DNA from: Ptychomitrium polyphyllum
Taxonomy: Eukaryota
NCBI GenBank assembly: GCA_973851085.1
Contig: OZ316776.1
Location: 11,594,001 to 11,658,000, forward strand
Reading direction: 5' to 3'
Length of the DNA stretch: 64,000 nt
The notes below the pieces were generated by a model. That model searched no databases. It was not told the DNA's origin and was given only the letters and a program-made list of their open reading frames with translations. Below, in pieces: positions 44,001 to 56,390 of the stretch. How positions within the stretch are numbered: position 1 is the first letter of the stretch; every line of letters starts with the position of its first letter. The translations under genes and the position numbers were made by a program.

Positions 44001-46637
44001 TCAAAGTTTAACAAATCTAAACGTCGATTGATCAGCTTTCGACTAAATATCTACACTCATAACTCGATTCGTTACGAGTGGGATTAGGACTCGAGTAAGA
44101 AGGCTACGTAAAGATTTGCTTAGACATCTGCTATCGCAGCTAAATCGTTTCTTACGCATCTTGAGTGGCAGAAGATCTGAAATTCAATCTGACTTGCTCT
44201 GACTTGGTCCTGGAGTTCTTCTGATATGTAGTATTAATGTTCAGCTTGCAGCTCCTGAACAACTGCCCTTTCCTGAACTTCCCAACAATGAGCGAGTGCC
44301 TGAAACAGTATCGTCATCGACTGGCGTAAATGATTGGGAAATTGACAGTACTCAGTTAAAGTTTGTTCGAAAGGTGATGACTGGGTCCTTTGGAGACCTG
44401 TAAGTATCCACTGCTCCTGGTTCTGCTCCTGCTCGTGGTATACGTCTTTTGGTAAGTGGGAGGAAGTGGAGAGAGTATGTTGAGAAACTAGGCGCATGCT
44501 CCGCTGACTCTTCAAGCGAAGAACGTGGAGGTACCTAGAAATCCTAAATCGGCAAAAGAAGTTTAATGTGAATCCTTGTATCTGCTGACTGAAGCTGATG
44601 TAAACGAGTCATTTGCTTACAGATATCAAGGTAGCTATTGTGGCCAGGATGTGGCCATCAAAATTCTCAAATCAGAGCAGATGAACGAAAGCTTGAGGCA
44701 TGAATTTCAACATGAAGTATTTATTATGCGGTAATGTGCGTCATTTTTGTAATACTACCTGCCATATAGATCCCTGATCCTACTAGCTATTACCTCAGCA
44801 TATATTTCTCTTCTTAGGTGGATAATTGAGCTGAAGGTAACTTCCTATGTAAGCAGATAATTGAGCTGGAGAGATTATGTGAATCTTTACAGGAAAGTGA
44901 GGCACAAGAATATTGTGCAGTTCATTGGCGCTTGCACGAAACCCCCCAATTTGTGCATTGTTACAGGTACATATTCAAGTCAATGCCCATGTGAGTTTGG
45001 CTTCTCTGCCATCCCAAACGCATCAAAACCTTTGTAACGCTCGCGCTGCTTCAAGGTTTTGTTGTTAAGTTTGTCCGAATGCTTGCAGAGTACATGTCCG
45101 GTGGGAGTGTGTATGACTATTTGCACCAACAGAAGGCAATTCTGAAGATGCCAATGCTGCTGCGAGTTGCCACTGATGTCTCTAAGGGCATGGACTACCT
45201 TCATCAAAACAAAATTTTACATCGTGACCTCAAAGCAGCAAACCTTCTCATGGACGAGAACGAGGTGTGCAATCGTCTCACTTTCGATCATCCCGCCGTT
45301 AATGAATTGTCTCTTCAGCATACTAGTGTCATAATTTCGTTCCTATTGATTCAGTGTAAATGGATGTGCTTACGTTTCACATGGAGAGTGTCAGGTGGTC
45401 AAGGTGGCCGATTTTGGTGTAGCGCGAGTACAAGCACAGTCTGGAATTATGACAGCAGAGACAGGCACATACCGGTGGATGGCTCCTGAGGTACGTCGTG
45501 CGCTTTGATGCAAAAACTATGGTCATTCAACTAAATATGAAGAATCTTTTATTGTCTATTTAATTACATGGATTGTGAAATGATATGTGGTTTAGCATTA
45601 GTCACGGTTTAACTGGTGCAGGTTATCGAGCACAAACCTTATGATTGCAAGGCGGATGTTTTCAGCTTCGGTATAGTACTTTGGGAGCTTCTAACAGGAC
45701 AGGTAATAAAGGATGTTGGAATTTGGTATGCCTGAAACATAGTTTGATTTTTGGTAATTTTATTCATCAGCAGCTCTTGAAAAATATATACTGTCTCGTT
45801 GGAATCTTAAAGACTTGGGAAATGTAACACAATTTTGATTTCTGAAATGCTTGGGTTTTAGAGATCGATTTTACATTGTGTATTACGCCACTTTATTTTT
45901 CGTATAAAATCTTGTCCAGGTTCCTTACGCAGACCTTACTCCTCTTCAAGCTGCTGTTGGTGTTGTTCAGAAGGTACTACTGTTATCAATTATGCAATTT
46001 GCATTCATTTAGCAATCACCACACCCTTAATTTATTGTTTGATAATCTTGTGAAGACTGCTGGTTCAGGGCTCTTTCAAATGTGGAATATATGGTACTGG
46101 GAATTTACTTGGGCATATTTGGGTTCGTGCAGGGTTTGAGGCCGACCATTCCTGAGAATATTAATCCAAGGCTAAATGAGTTACTGCAGAGTTGCTGGAA
46201 AACAGACCCAAAAGGAAGGCCTGATTTCTCGGAAATTACTGGCTTGCTTGAGGAGATCCTGAAAGAGGTATGCTCGTGCTAGTTTGCCTGCTCACTGAAG
46301 GGTGATATAGAAGTTTATATTGTATTTTTAAATTTAGTTTCTTGTGTTTTTTGGGGTACGAATCGAACTTTGTTCAACTGCAAAGAATATTAAACAATGA
46401 GATCATACCTTATACATGACATGATGTTTTATGTACTGATATTAAGTACATATGCAGTGTTTTAAGGGGGTGCATTGATCAGGCTCTGTTCTCTGACTTA
46501 GTCCATGCGATCTTTTTCAACATGACCGTGGTTGTGTACAGCAGGTTAATCAAGGTGCAGAAGTTGCGACCAAGAAACCCAAAGATAAAAGACTTGCAGG
46601 CTTATTCACCGCATTCAAGCGCTCACCTACGAATTAA
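41095..46637 (+). CDS. ACT-domain Raf-like Ser/Thr/Tyr kinase (STY8/17/46 type), multi-exon
   Basis: [35 protein letters not shown] domain [52 protein letters not shown]; kinase [60 protein letters not shown]. Stop codon at 46635-46637. Confidence 0.94.
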
Positions 46638-47737
46638 CAACTGGATCTCGCTTGGTTTAATTGCATCTAGGCATTTTGGTATTCACTTTTCAAACTTCAG
46701 TAATTTTTAGCTTTCTGTAACTTAGCCTTGTACAAAGCAGTACACAAGCAGTCCAGAAGTAGCCCTTTAACCTCTAACAGGAAATGACCATGCGGGATAA
46801 CTAGATTGCAGTCCCAAGCATTTGGATGCCCAAGGATTAGTAACAACTCATGGAGTTCTATGTATTGTCTGACCATTGTGAATATGTCAAACGTAATCGA
46901 ATAAATTTGTACTTAGACATGAATAGTTATATTTTTTTAAATGCTTCTTGCTGGCTCAAAGATCAAATCTGCCACTAAAAATGCTATGGCAGAGGCATTA
47001 AGCAATCACAAGACAGGCCCTTATTTTCGACTGATCATGAGAACTATCGACTTCAGTGAAAATCTCATGAATCAGAATGCTTAAAGTACTCCACGGATCA
47101 ATGTTCGCATCGATTTGCTGCAACTCTGGACTTGAAAAAAGTGATGACAGGATGGTCCCGCAAGGCAAGACTAATAGTAAGTAAGCCCTCCATTTACATA
47201 AACTTCCTAATTTGTATTCGTGTATAATAATTTCATTAGAGATGTAATATCAGAAGCAAAGGTTATGCCAACACCAGATTCCCTGCAACAATAATGAATT
47301 TGACGGATACTGGCATTCAATTTTTGCACCTGCTGTCCACGTATTGACGATGGAAGTTTCAGCAGTTCAGCATGTTGGCAGATAGAATTTGTAGGTTGTA
47401 CATGCAAGGCAGAACAAGTGTCTCGATTGACTTGACCAGCTCTATTGAAAGGATTTGAGATTCACAAGGCGGTTCTATGCCCAACTACTCTGGTAGTGAG
47501 CAACAGCTCATGAATGACGAGCAACCTCGTGAACATATTCAATCCAAAAGAAGTGTTTAGCATTTAATTGTAGAAATTACAAGACATAAAGCTGACTCTA
47601 ATGAACATTTACAGAAGCCCAATTTTCTCTCGAGTATCCACAATGAATACTGCAATCGAATCTAATTTGTCCAATGAGAGCTACCAAAACTCCATCACTA
47701 GTCAATTGCAGACAAGGATTAATGCGGACCAATGTTG

Positions 47738-49407
47738 CTACCCAGCTAAAGGATTAGCATGTATTGTAACCCGGTTTAGGCGAATCTCTGCAAGAGGCCT
47801 GTCACCTGCTCCTGTGGGTGTCTGCGAACGAATCACAGCAAGTTGGGAACTTGAAGAGATCAAAACAGCGACAAGATGGGGAATAGTCGACTTCTAGAAT
47901 CGCCAAATTCATCATGCTTGACACAGAAGTCTCACTACAAAGAAATGAAGATACATATTGACTGAGAATTTGCAGTTATCAATGATAGTTTATATTTGCC
48001 GTACCTTTTCCATCACGTCAAGAACTTCAAATCCGTGAATCACACGACCGAAAATCGTGTAGAGTCCATTGAGGTGAGGTTGTTTGCCGTATGTCATAAA
48101 GAACTGGCTTCCGTTTGTATTGGGGCCACTGTTGGCCATGGACAAAGCACCTCTTGCATTGTGCTGCGACAAAAAACCAGCTACTATTAAAATATTTGTC
48201 CCGACTAAGATATAGACCGGCAAACTCACTTGCATAAATAAAAACCAATCATGCACGTTGAGTGTGAGACTTTGTCTGCTAGAAGTGATTCGACAACCAC
48301 CGCGAACTTATTCCTGTAAGCAATATGAGATAACGGCGACATGATGGCTAAGTTACTGTTGTGCTACTTTAGGCTGCTTGAATCAATTTCGGCCGATTCT
48401 GATAAGCAACACATTTCAAAAAGAACTATTGAACAAGTATAAGAGATTGGACGAATTTAATGCTAAGCTGTGCTGTGTGACACGAAAAAGCTGAAGACCA
48501 CTGCATTGTTGCTCTGAACCACTCCTAGCGGCAAAATCTCACACTTCTAGCCATGATCAATGAGTCTCTGAACTTATACACATACTGTGCCCTAATCGGG
48601 TTTTCGTCAAGAGTTTCTCAAATTTTGAGCATGTTTGCGAGATCAGGTATTATACCCACCTTCAAGGACTCACGGATTTCGTCGTTAAACTTGCGCCCCC
48701 AAATACTGGTGCCACCTCGCCCGGTGCCTGTGGGATCTCCACCTTGAATCATAAAACCCTTGATATTCCTGTGAAAGATTGTGCCATCGTAATATCCACT
48801 CGCGCACAGCGCGAGAAAGTTCTGCACATCCACAGAAATTGTTCACCTCACGATTCTGCCGAGGTAGTGTAAAAACAGGTGATAGCAAACGTTCCGAGGC
48901 TCATGAACCAAACATGCCATAGCAAGCTCATAGACGCTAACACTATTAGGGTTTTTAGCGACATACGTACAGGGTTTAAAATCAACATAAGAAATTACTG
49001 CTGAGAAACAAAGAACTACTGCGACATCTTAAGAGTTATCAAAAGACCGCTCTCGTCATCAATCCTGAGATACCATCTAGGTCAACACCTCAACACGAAA
49101 AAGCACGTTCATGCTTGTATCACAGAACCAGCGAGCATAAAAAACATTGAAACTTTCAGAGAGAAGAGCGCGCCCGTACCTCAGCAGTCTTTGGAACTTC
49201 GTCGCAGAAGATTTCACACTTAATCTCCCCTACATTCGTATGCAACGTCACGGACTGCAAACAAGCCAAGACAACCAAATCGTGAAGAATCATGAGTTGA
49301 CATCAACACTCAACTTCCAACTTCAAGCAACTACTCATACACGCATTCTGCGAATTCGAACTCTGACAAGAAACCCAATAGCGAACAGAGAGTCAGAGAA
49401 TTACCAT
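47738..49407 (-). CDS. CYP18-1: Cyclophilin peptidyl-prolyl isomerase CYP18-1 / PPIL3-like; first coding exon is the ATG alone (49407-49405)
   Basis: [63 protein letters not shown]...|[22 protein letters not shown]...|[31 protein letters not shown] introns. Confidence 0.95.
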
Positions 49408-49643
49408 GATGAGTACAATTCTTTCTCGATAATGTGCTGTGTGTGGGTTCAGTAGACTTGCAACTTCGGAGTCTCAGATTCGCAACCCAATCTCCAACAG
49501 CGAAAGATAGATAGCACGCGACGTTCTTACCGATCAAGAGGAAGGAAAACATCTACAAAGCTACAGGCAACATGTTATCATGCGCTCAGTTCGAACTTCA
49601 AAGCGGTCAACTGGAACACAGAGACTGGATTCCGGGAGCTAAA

Positions 49644-49662
49644 TTTAGGGTTAGGGCTTAGG
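49644..49662. promoter_or_regulatory. Telo-box/telomere-like motif cluster TTTAGGGTTAGGGCTTAGG in shared divergent promoter
   Basis: Lies in the 585 bp between the divergent CYP18-1 and HISN7 start codons. Confidence 0.55.
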
Positions 49663-49992
49663 CTGGGGTACAGTCGAGGTTTAGTTGCTTTACTGGTTCC
49701 AAGCAGAATCAGTTGGTGGATTGTGATTGAGAGAGTTTGGGTTTAGTCGCCAAAGTTATCCAGTTTAATTCCCTTGACAGAAATTGCTGCAGGTGTAGCC
49801 TCATTAGCTTGCTTAGAGGTTAACCTACGGAGAGTTGGCTGGTGAGAGGGCTGTCGTGATTGACGTCTAGTGGCTTCACATTGCAGGCAGACCACGAACT
49901 AGAGCTAGAGAAGGATTCCTGCCAATCATTTAGATGCGATTAATAGGCGATAGGTGTGCATCGGGAAGCACTTGGGCCACTCTTGAGTGACA

Positions 49993-52615
49993 ATGACGTC
50001 GTGTGTCTTGGGAATTTCCACTCTCTCCAACTCCTCCGTGTTGTCTCTCCAAGAGAAACCTAGTGTGGTAACAGGAGAGAGGCAAGCATGGGGAAGCAAG
50101 CTTTCCACACCATTGACCCAATTCGCACATCCAACCAGAACAAGTAACTTCGGTCTCGAGTCCGCTTTATCGCCTTCAGGTGCGGTTTCCACCTGGACGA
50201 GAGGGCGACATTTGGCACAGAGGTACGCTGCGTCCAGTAGACAGCGTCACATTTGTGGGAGCACTGAGCGCTCGACTGGGATGGCAGTTGAGGCGAGTCT
50301 CTCCGACGAGAGTATGGACAAGTTTGTGGAGGTGGTGCACAAGCTTGCAGATGCTGCTCGAGCGATAACCCTAAAGTACTTCAGGTCTAAGTTTCAGATC
50401 ATCGACAAAGCTGATTTGAGTGAGTAACCTTTCATTCCTGAACTACACTCCATTTGCAGCAAGAAAATGGGAGGGATTCCACAATGGGCTTGCCATCTAA
50501 GCCGAGCATTTTGAGTGAGTGGTACGCAGGCCCTGTGACAATTGCTGATCGTAGCGCGGAGTTGGCTATGCGCGAATTGTTAGCTGAGCATTGCCCATCG
50601 CATTCTATGTGAGATCAATCAGCTCTCACAATCAGTGCCCATTTTTATCCGAGACTCTGTAATACTAATGATTAGGGTTTGACAATTTCTCTTCAGAAGG
50701 CAGCTTGCCATGAATTTTTCCACAAATGTTTTTTTTCAAACAATTGACCATGTTGGACGAATGTAAGTGCCTCTGCATGCTGACGCAAAGAGCCATACAG
50801 ATACGGAGAGGAATGGGGCTTGACAACTCCTGAAGAAGGCTCCGACTTCGTTTGGGTGTTGGACCCCATCGACGGCACGAAGAGCTTCATTACTGGTAAG
50901 TTCCTGTTACTGGTGCGACTGGGTCTAATCTTTCGTAATCATTTGAACACTGCGTCAGTATCCTCCCAGGGGTTCAAAGGTGCCATTTGTCTCCCCCCAG
51001 TATCACATGTTAAAGCCAGAGATTTCAGAAATTGAGTTTCAGTAAGTTAAGATGTTTAGTGTGATTGCAGTTGTGTTCTGCTCAGACTATGCTGGAATTA
51101 TTGATTTGCACACTGAATTGGAAAAATTCACTTCTGGACATTGTTTCAAATGCAGGGAAGCCAGTCTTTGGCACACTTATTGCTTTGATGTATAGAGGAG
51201 TCCCGGTAAGATTTAATACTCTTAGAACTTTTTATCACAAAGTTCACCATCTGAGAAATTGACTTTTTGAATTCACTGTTAGGTAGTCGAGGTGGTACAA
51301 ATACCTTTGACTTAGGTTATTTATTTGAATATATGTATCAGTAAATATCTTGGCAGTAACGTTAATAAAGAGGATCTTATCGCATGGAAGAGTAGCAAAG
51401 GGCTTTTAGTTTTGTATTTTTCTGCCTTCGACACTATGCATTGACATTTCTTGCCAGTGATTTTCAGGTTCTTGGCGTCATTGATCAGCCCGTGTTGCAG
51501 GAGCGGTGGCTGGGAATTCTGGGCAGAGTTACTACTTTAAACGGAGTTGAGATTCAAACACGTGCAACCACTTCACTCAAGGATTCATATTTGTATGCAC
51601 TGTACTCAACTGTTATTTTTTGAACTCTAGTGATCTGAATCGTTGCTGGTCCTCAACCTGCACCTCTGGCACAAGTTTTTTTTGGTAGTAAACATCAAGT
51701 TCTAGAATTTATATTACTTGTGCAATCATATCAAACTCTCATTTCTCCTTTTCTTCAGATTGTTTTTAATTCCAAATTTTGTGTGAATTCTTTGGTCTGC
51801 TGTGGGGAAAATCCATGGCTCACTTGCAAATTCTGCTCTCATTCATTCACTTCAATATTTCTTATTGATGTGGAGCCAGGTACACAACTAGTCCCCATCT
51901 ATTTGCTGGAGACGCAGAGAAAGCTTTTATTCGAGTCCGAAATGAGGTAATATACTTTTCCTACGCTGATCCAGAATTTTTGTTGTAAATGGTGGGTTAG
52001 TCGTACGTTTTTGGTAGGACTAAAAGAAACTGACAAGGTTGAGTTATGCTGCATCTCCTGTGAGTGGCAGGTGAAGGTGCCTCTGTATGGCTGTGACTGT
52101 TACGCTTATGGACTGTTGGCAGCTGGCCACGTCGATTTAGTCGTTGAGTCTGGATTAAAGGTATGCCTTTCCCATCACCTGAAATGTTGCATTGAGTTGT
52201 GAAGAACATCGCGTACTCTCTTCGTACTTATATCTAACTTTTTACTGTTGGTTGTTTTCTGGTGATAGCCATACGATTATCTTGCTTTAGTACCAGTGGT
52301 GGAAGGAGCAGGAGGTGTAATCACCAACTGGAATGGCCAGAAACTTCGCTGGCTACCTGAAATCGGTACTATCTCTCATCCTTGACATGGATGGGTATTG
52401 AATATTTGAAAAGACGCCCTTCGGTAGTGTTGGCAATGTGTAGTACTGCAGCATCAACTTTCGTGGAGCTTGTGTTTCAAGGCTGGTCTGACTGGACTCG
52501 ACTCTGTGGTTGTGCAGGTGAGGTTGGAATTGAAGTGGTCGCAGCTGGAAACACAAGCGTTCACGAAGCTGCCCTTCAGTCTCTTGCCTGGAAAGGCCAA
52601 AGCACCACCAGCTAA
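49993..52615 (+). CDS. HISN7: Histidinol-phosphate phosphatase / inositol monophosphatase-like 2, plastid transit peptide, multi-exon
   Basis: LADAARAITLKYFRSKF, KADLSPVTIADR, YGEE, WVLDPIDGTKSFITGKPVFGTLIAL, DQPVLQERW, LYTTSPHLF, YGCDCYAYGLLAAG, PYDYLALVPVVEGAGGVITNW. Ser/Thr-rich N-terminus. Confidence 0.94.
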
Positions 52616-53796
52616 TAATTAGTTCCCAGCTGTTAACCAATAATTGAAAGCAAAGTTGCGAATTGAGTTTCTTCTGATGATGCTCTGTTGACGTCCTTGA
52701 GTTTGCACGATATACGGTAAAGTTGTGCCTAGACTCACCAATAAGACCTGCAAAGTCTTTGATGACTAAGTTATGCTACAAGCTGAACCATCTTCTATGT
52801 ATCAATAAAATCATGTTATGTCCACGTCTCCTCGAACTTTGAATGATCTCTTGCAAGCCAACGCTACCCACTTGTGTCTCCAGAAGCCACGTCACCCAGC
52901 TGCATCAAGGCATATGCCGATCGGAACTCTGAAGGTACCAGTCTCCGAATATCCAGAACTTCACATGAATCCTCCCGCTAGATGAAAATTAGGCGTCACT
53001 TCCCATCAGAAAACAGCTCTTCCTCTGTCAGATTTCCGTTCTTGAGGCAAAAGCTGAGCTTCGTTCACAATTAATCCACACAACACCAGTTCTTGAAACC
53101 TGAAAATCAGTTGAAAAACACTAGTTAAATCCCAGCAAGTCCAACAGAAATATAACTTTTGATTGGAATTCTGATTCAATTCCTGCCGAAAGGGAAAGAG
53201 AAAAGCATATACATCAAAGTTTGATTCTACTTGGTTTTCTTTCAGTGCCAGCTGCGAACTTAGTTGAAAGTTCAGTCGCTCCAAAAGGAAAAAGAAGATG
53301 AGCTCTGTTGTCAGAGTGTAAGTTTGTGAGAGGCGACTCCTGGAAAGCTCTGGAAGCCGAGGAACCCACGAAGATGCCGCTCGAGCGGAACTGGCAGTGG
53401 GCACCCACGTCGTCACCAGCGTCGCAGTGAGGGAGCGAGTGAGTGCTGCGCAAGGCACGCGCTGCCTGTGGACAGCACTGGCGGTGTACCGCGACCATCA
53501 CATCATCCAGCGTTTGTTTGCGGCCACGCAGATTGGGTCCCCCAGTTTCTCGATAATCCCACTTCTTGTGTTTTCTGTTTTTTCGATTCTGTCGTCGACG
53601 TTTGCTACTCAGGCTCCATGAGATGCTTGAATTAGGGTTTGGGTTCCGCCATGGCAGTCTCGTAGTCGGGGCCTTGGACGGACGTTTTCTAGTTTTGCGT
53701 TTCGGCGTTGGTTGTGATTCGGAAACACAGGTGCAGTGAGAAGACAATTGCGGTTTGGGTGTTTTGATTGCCCTCGTAGTGGCGGTGGTGGGAGTT

Positions 53797-55242
53797 ATGG
53801 CGATGCAGGCGAGCCTCGGAGCCACCAGGTTTGTGATTCTCGTGAGCGTGGGGCTTGCGGGATCGGTGCTGATTAAGAATAACAAGCTTGGTGACTTTAT
53901 TGGAGACCTTACGAAGGTATGTTGGATGTCAATCGATTCCAGGTTTCTATGTTGCGTACGTTGGTAGATTGCGTTTATTGTTGTGTTATGTTTCTACGGG
54001 GCTCTGTTTTTAGGGTTTCGGTTGTCATCACTTGGTTGCAAGCAATTCAGGCGTATAGAAGTTGAATGATTGACACAACTTTTGTACGTTAGTGTGGATT
54101 CTTGTAGTTAAGGATGTCTGTTTTTTAAGAGTTTTTGAATATCCAGTATGTGAAGTGTCGTTGAATATGTGCAAGGCGGGCAAATAGTATCTGCATTCGT
54201 GAAATCATAGCAAGCATGTATGCTGATTGAAATAGAGTTCATTTTTGGATCATCTTATTGTACGACGACATGCTCCTATCAGGTTTTGTCGAAGCATTTG
54301 AGAGAAGGAGAGGAGGGAGAAGGGGGATCGAATGATGCTGCTCTTAGTCTGCAGGTCAAACGACTAACGCAGGAACTTCGTTCGCTAGCATCCTCCTCAC
54401 GAACGGTGACTGTCGTGCAAGCAGGAAATTCTGGCTCAGGAGTTTCGTTTACGACGTTCGTCTTGCCAGCTGCTGTCGTCGGGGCTGTCAGCTACGGTTA
54501 CATGAAGTGGAAAGGCTTCTCGCTTGGAGATATAATGTACGTCACGAGGAAAGGCATGAGCACCGCTGTGGAACAGATGGGCAAGCAACTAGAGCATGTC
54601 ACAGCAGCACTGTCGTCCACAAGGAAGAATATGAACCAAAGGCTGGACACTGTGAGCTGTAAACTGGACGACAGTGTTGTCATGACGGGGTTGATCAAGG
54701 ATCAGGTTGAGGAGGTGAAAGGCACTGTGGGGAGAAGTATATATGAGATCGAGAACGTGAATCGGAAAATGGAAGGGTTAGGGATGAAGATTCATGAGAT
54801 TCATGAGAGCCAGAGCTTCGCTAATCAAGGTATTTATCTCTTGATTGAGTGGGTGCATCGTCAGTTTCCTAATCAGCATCCAGAGCTTGCCCAGAGCTTC
54901 AATTCATGGTATTTGAAAGCCAGCAGCCTGGAAAAAGGTTCGGCGTTTCCTGGTCTTATCACTTCCCCAGGATTGAAGCAGTTCTTTTCACAACCCTTGA
55001 ACTCTCAGCCTTTGAAATCCCAGCCGTTGCTGCCGTCGAGTAACTTTCCCGAAAGGGCACCTGTGAGGAACAGCGGCGAGTCTAGACCGCCTGGCTTGAA
55101 TATGCCCAGCCCTGGCTTGGGTTTGTCAGGCAATCCGACCTCTGGAATACTAAGGACGTCGTCTTCCAATATGCTATCGAGGGCGAGTTTCCGGGGCAGT
55201 TTTGGTCTTTCTGCATTGACTGGAAACAGAGGCTTGTTATGA
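53797..55242 (+). CDS. DUF1664-family protein; exons 53797-53916 and 54283-55242
   Basis: MAMQASLG...ILVSVGLAGSVLIKNNKL, QVKRLTQELRSL, GAVSYGYMKWKGFSLGDIMYVTRKGMSTAV and a coiled-coil region, as I recall for plant DUF1664 proteins. Confidence 0.85.
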
Positions 55243-56039
55243 TATTTCAGTTCCTAGCGCTGCTTTTTCTGTTTTAGTCTGTTTGATAGGATGTACATCT
55301 TGAGTTTAGATCGAAGGATTTTTGAGTTCATAACAGAAAACAAAAAACAGAATGAAAAAAAAAATCTTCTATTGGTTATTCAGGTGGTAGAGAAGATTTT
55401 TACAGGCCGAAGGCCCTTTCTAGCCAATTGGCATAGATATTGGAGTTCCTGAGTATGAGAGGTCGAGAGATCTAATGCTAGACGTAGACCTCTTGCAGCC
55501 GAGTGCTGAATTTTCTAAGCGACAGCGGTCGAGTGATTTCAGTTGAGCAGGAGTTTTGACCTTAGCGTAGTGCTTCTCTGCCCACAGGATCAAGGTTGTA
55601 CGATGACACGTTGATTGCGAGAAGTTTATGTTGCAGTTTGTGGAGCTGCATGAGACACTACACTTTTAGCCATGGTTGCTTCTAAGGCAAGAGGAGGTTT
55701 TGTGGAGCTATATTCCTTTTGTGGACCATGTTTTCCTTGCGTGGTTCAGTTGCGAGTTAATTTACTTTGAATGTGCTGTATGATTAAGTGTTATTGGCTA
55801 CCTTGTTTGCCTGTCATTGATCCAGGTTTTGGTGTTTAGAAAGTTCCTAAACAGCTGGTGCAATCAGACATTGGCAAAACTTGTTGACTCCTTATGGAGC
55901 AAGGCCTCAGCTACACCCAGCATGCATTGGAGTATGTTTTAACATTTATGAGATATGGATGCCAATTATGGGTACCTAACGTGGTCTGGCATTAGAAAAT
56001 CTCTTTTGTATTATTTTTGACATGGGGTCTGATATTTGA

Positions 56040-56390
56040 GTGAATTTGTGTCATACATTACATAATTGACACCAAAATGACGGATATTTCAACATTGTGA
56101 AAATGACACCAATGTGCCTTCAGTTCGAATGGTGCCAAAGCAGCACAATGGAATAGGTTAACATGATTTCAAAATGATTTTGATATCAATTGACCTACAT
56201 CATTCTCATGTCATTTTAACCAATGTCATCTTCATGTCATTTTAACCAACGTCATTTTCATGTCATTTTGACATTGTATTAAATCAAGATGTTTTGATAT
56301 CATTTTGGCATCATTTTAATTTGTGTCTATTGATGTCTTTTCAACATCAAAATGACAAATTATCCATTAATATCATTTCAATGTCATAAT
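56040..56390. repeat. ATGACA/TGTCAT-rich degenerate repeat with a 26-bp tandem unit (56207-56269); same family as 2410-2800
   Basis: CATGTCATTTTAACCAA(T/C)GTCAT(C/T)TT x ~2.4; CAAAATGAC and its reverse complement GTCATTTTG are both present. Confidence 0.55.

Noticed and set aside
53651..53665. Short uORF (MAVS*) upstream of the DUF1664 gene
   Set aside because: It probably lies in a 5'UTR intron (acceptor-like CAG at ~53728-53736), so it cannot be placed in the mRNA.
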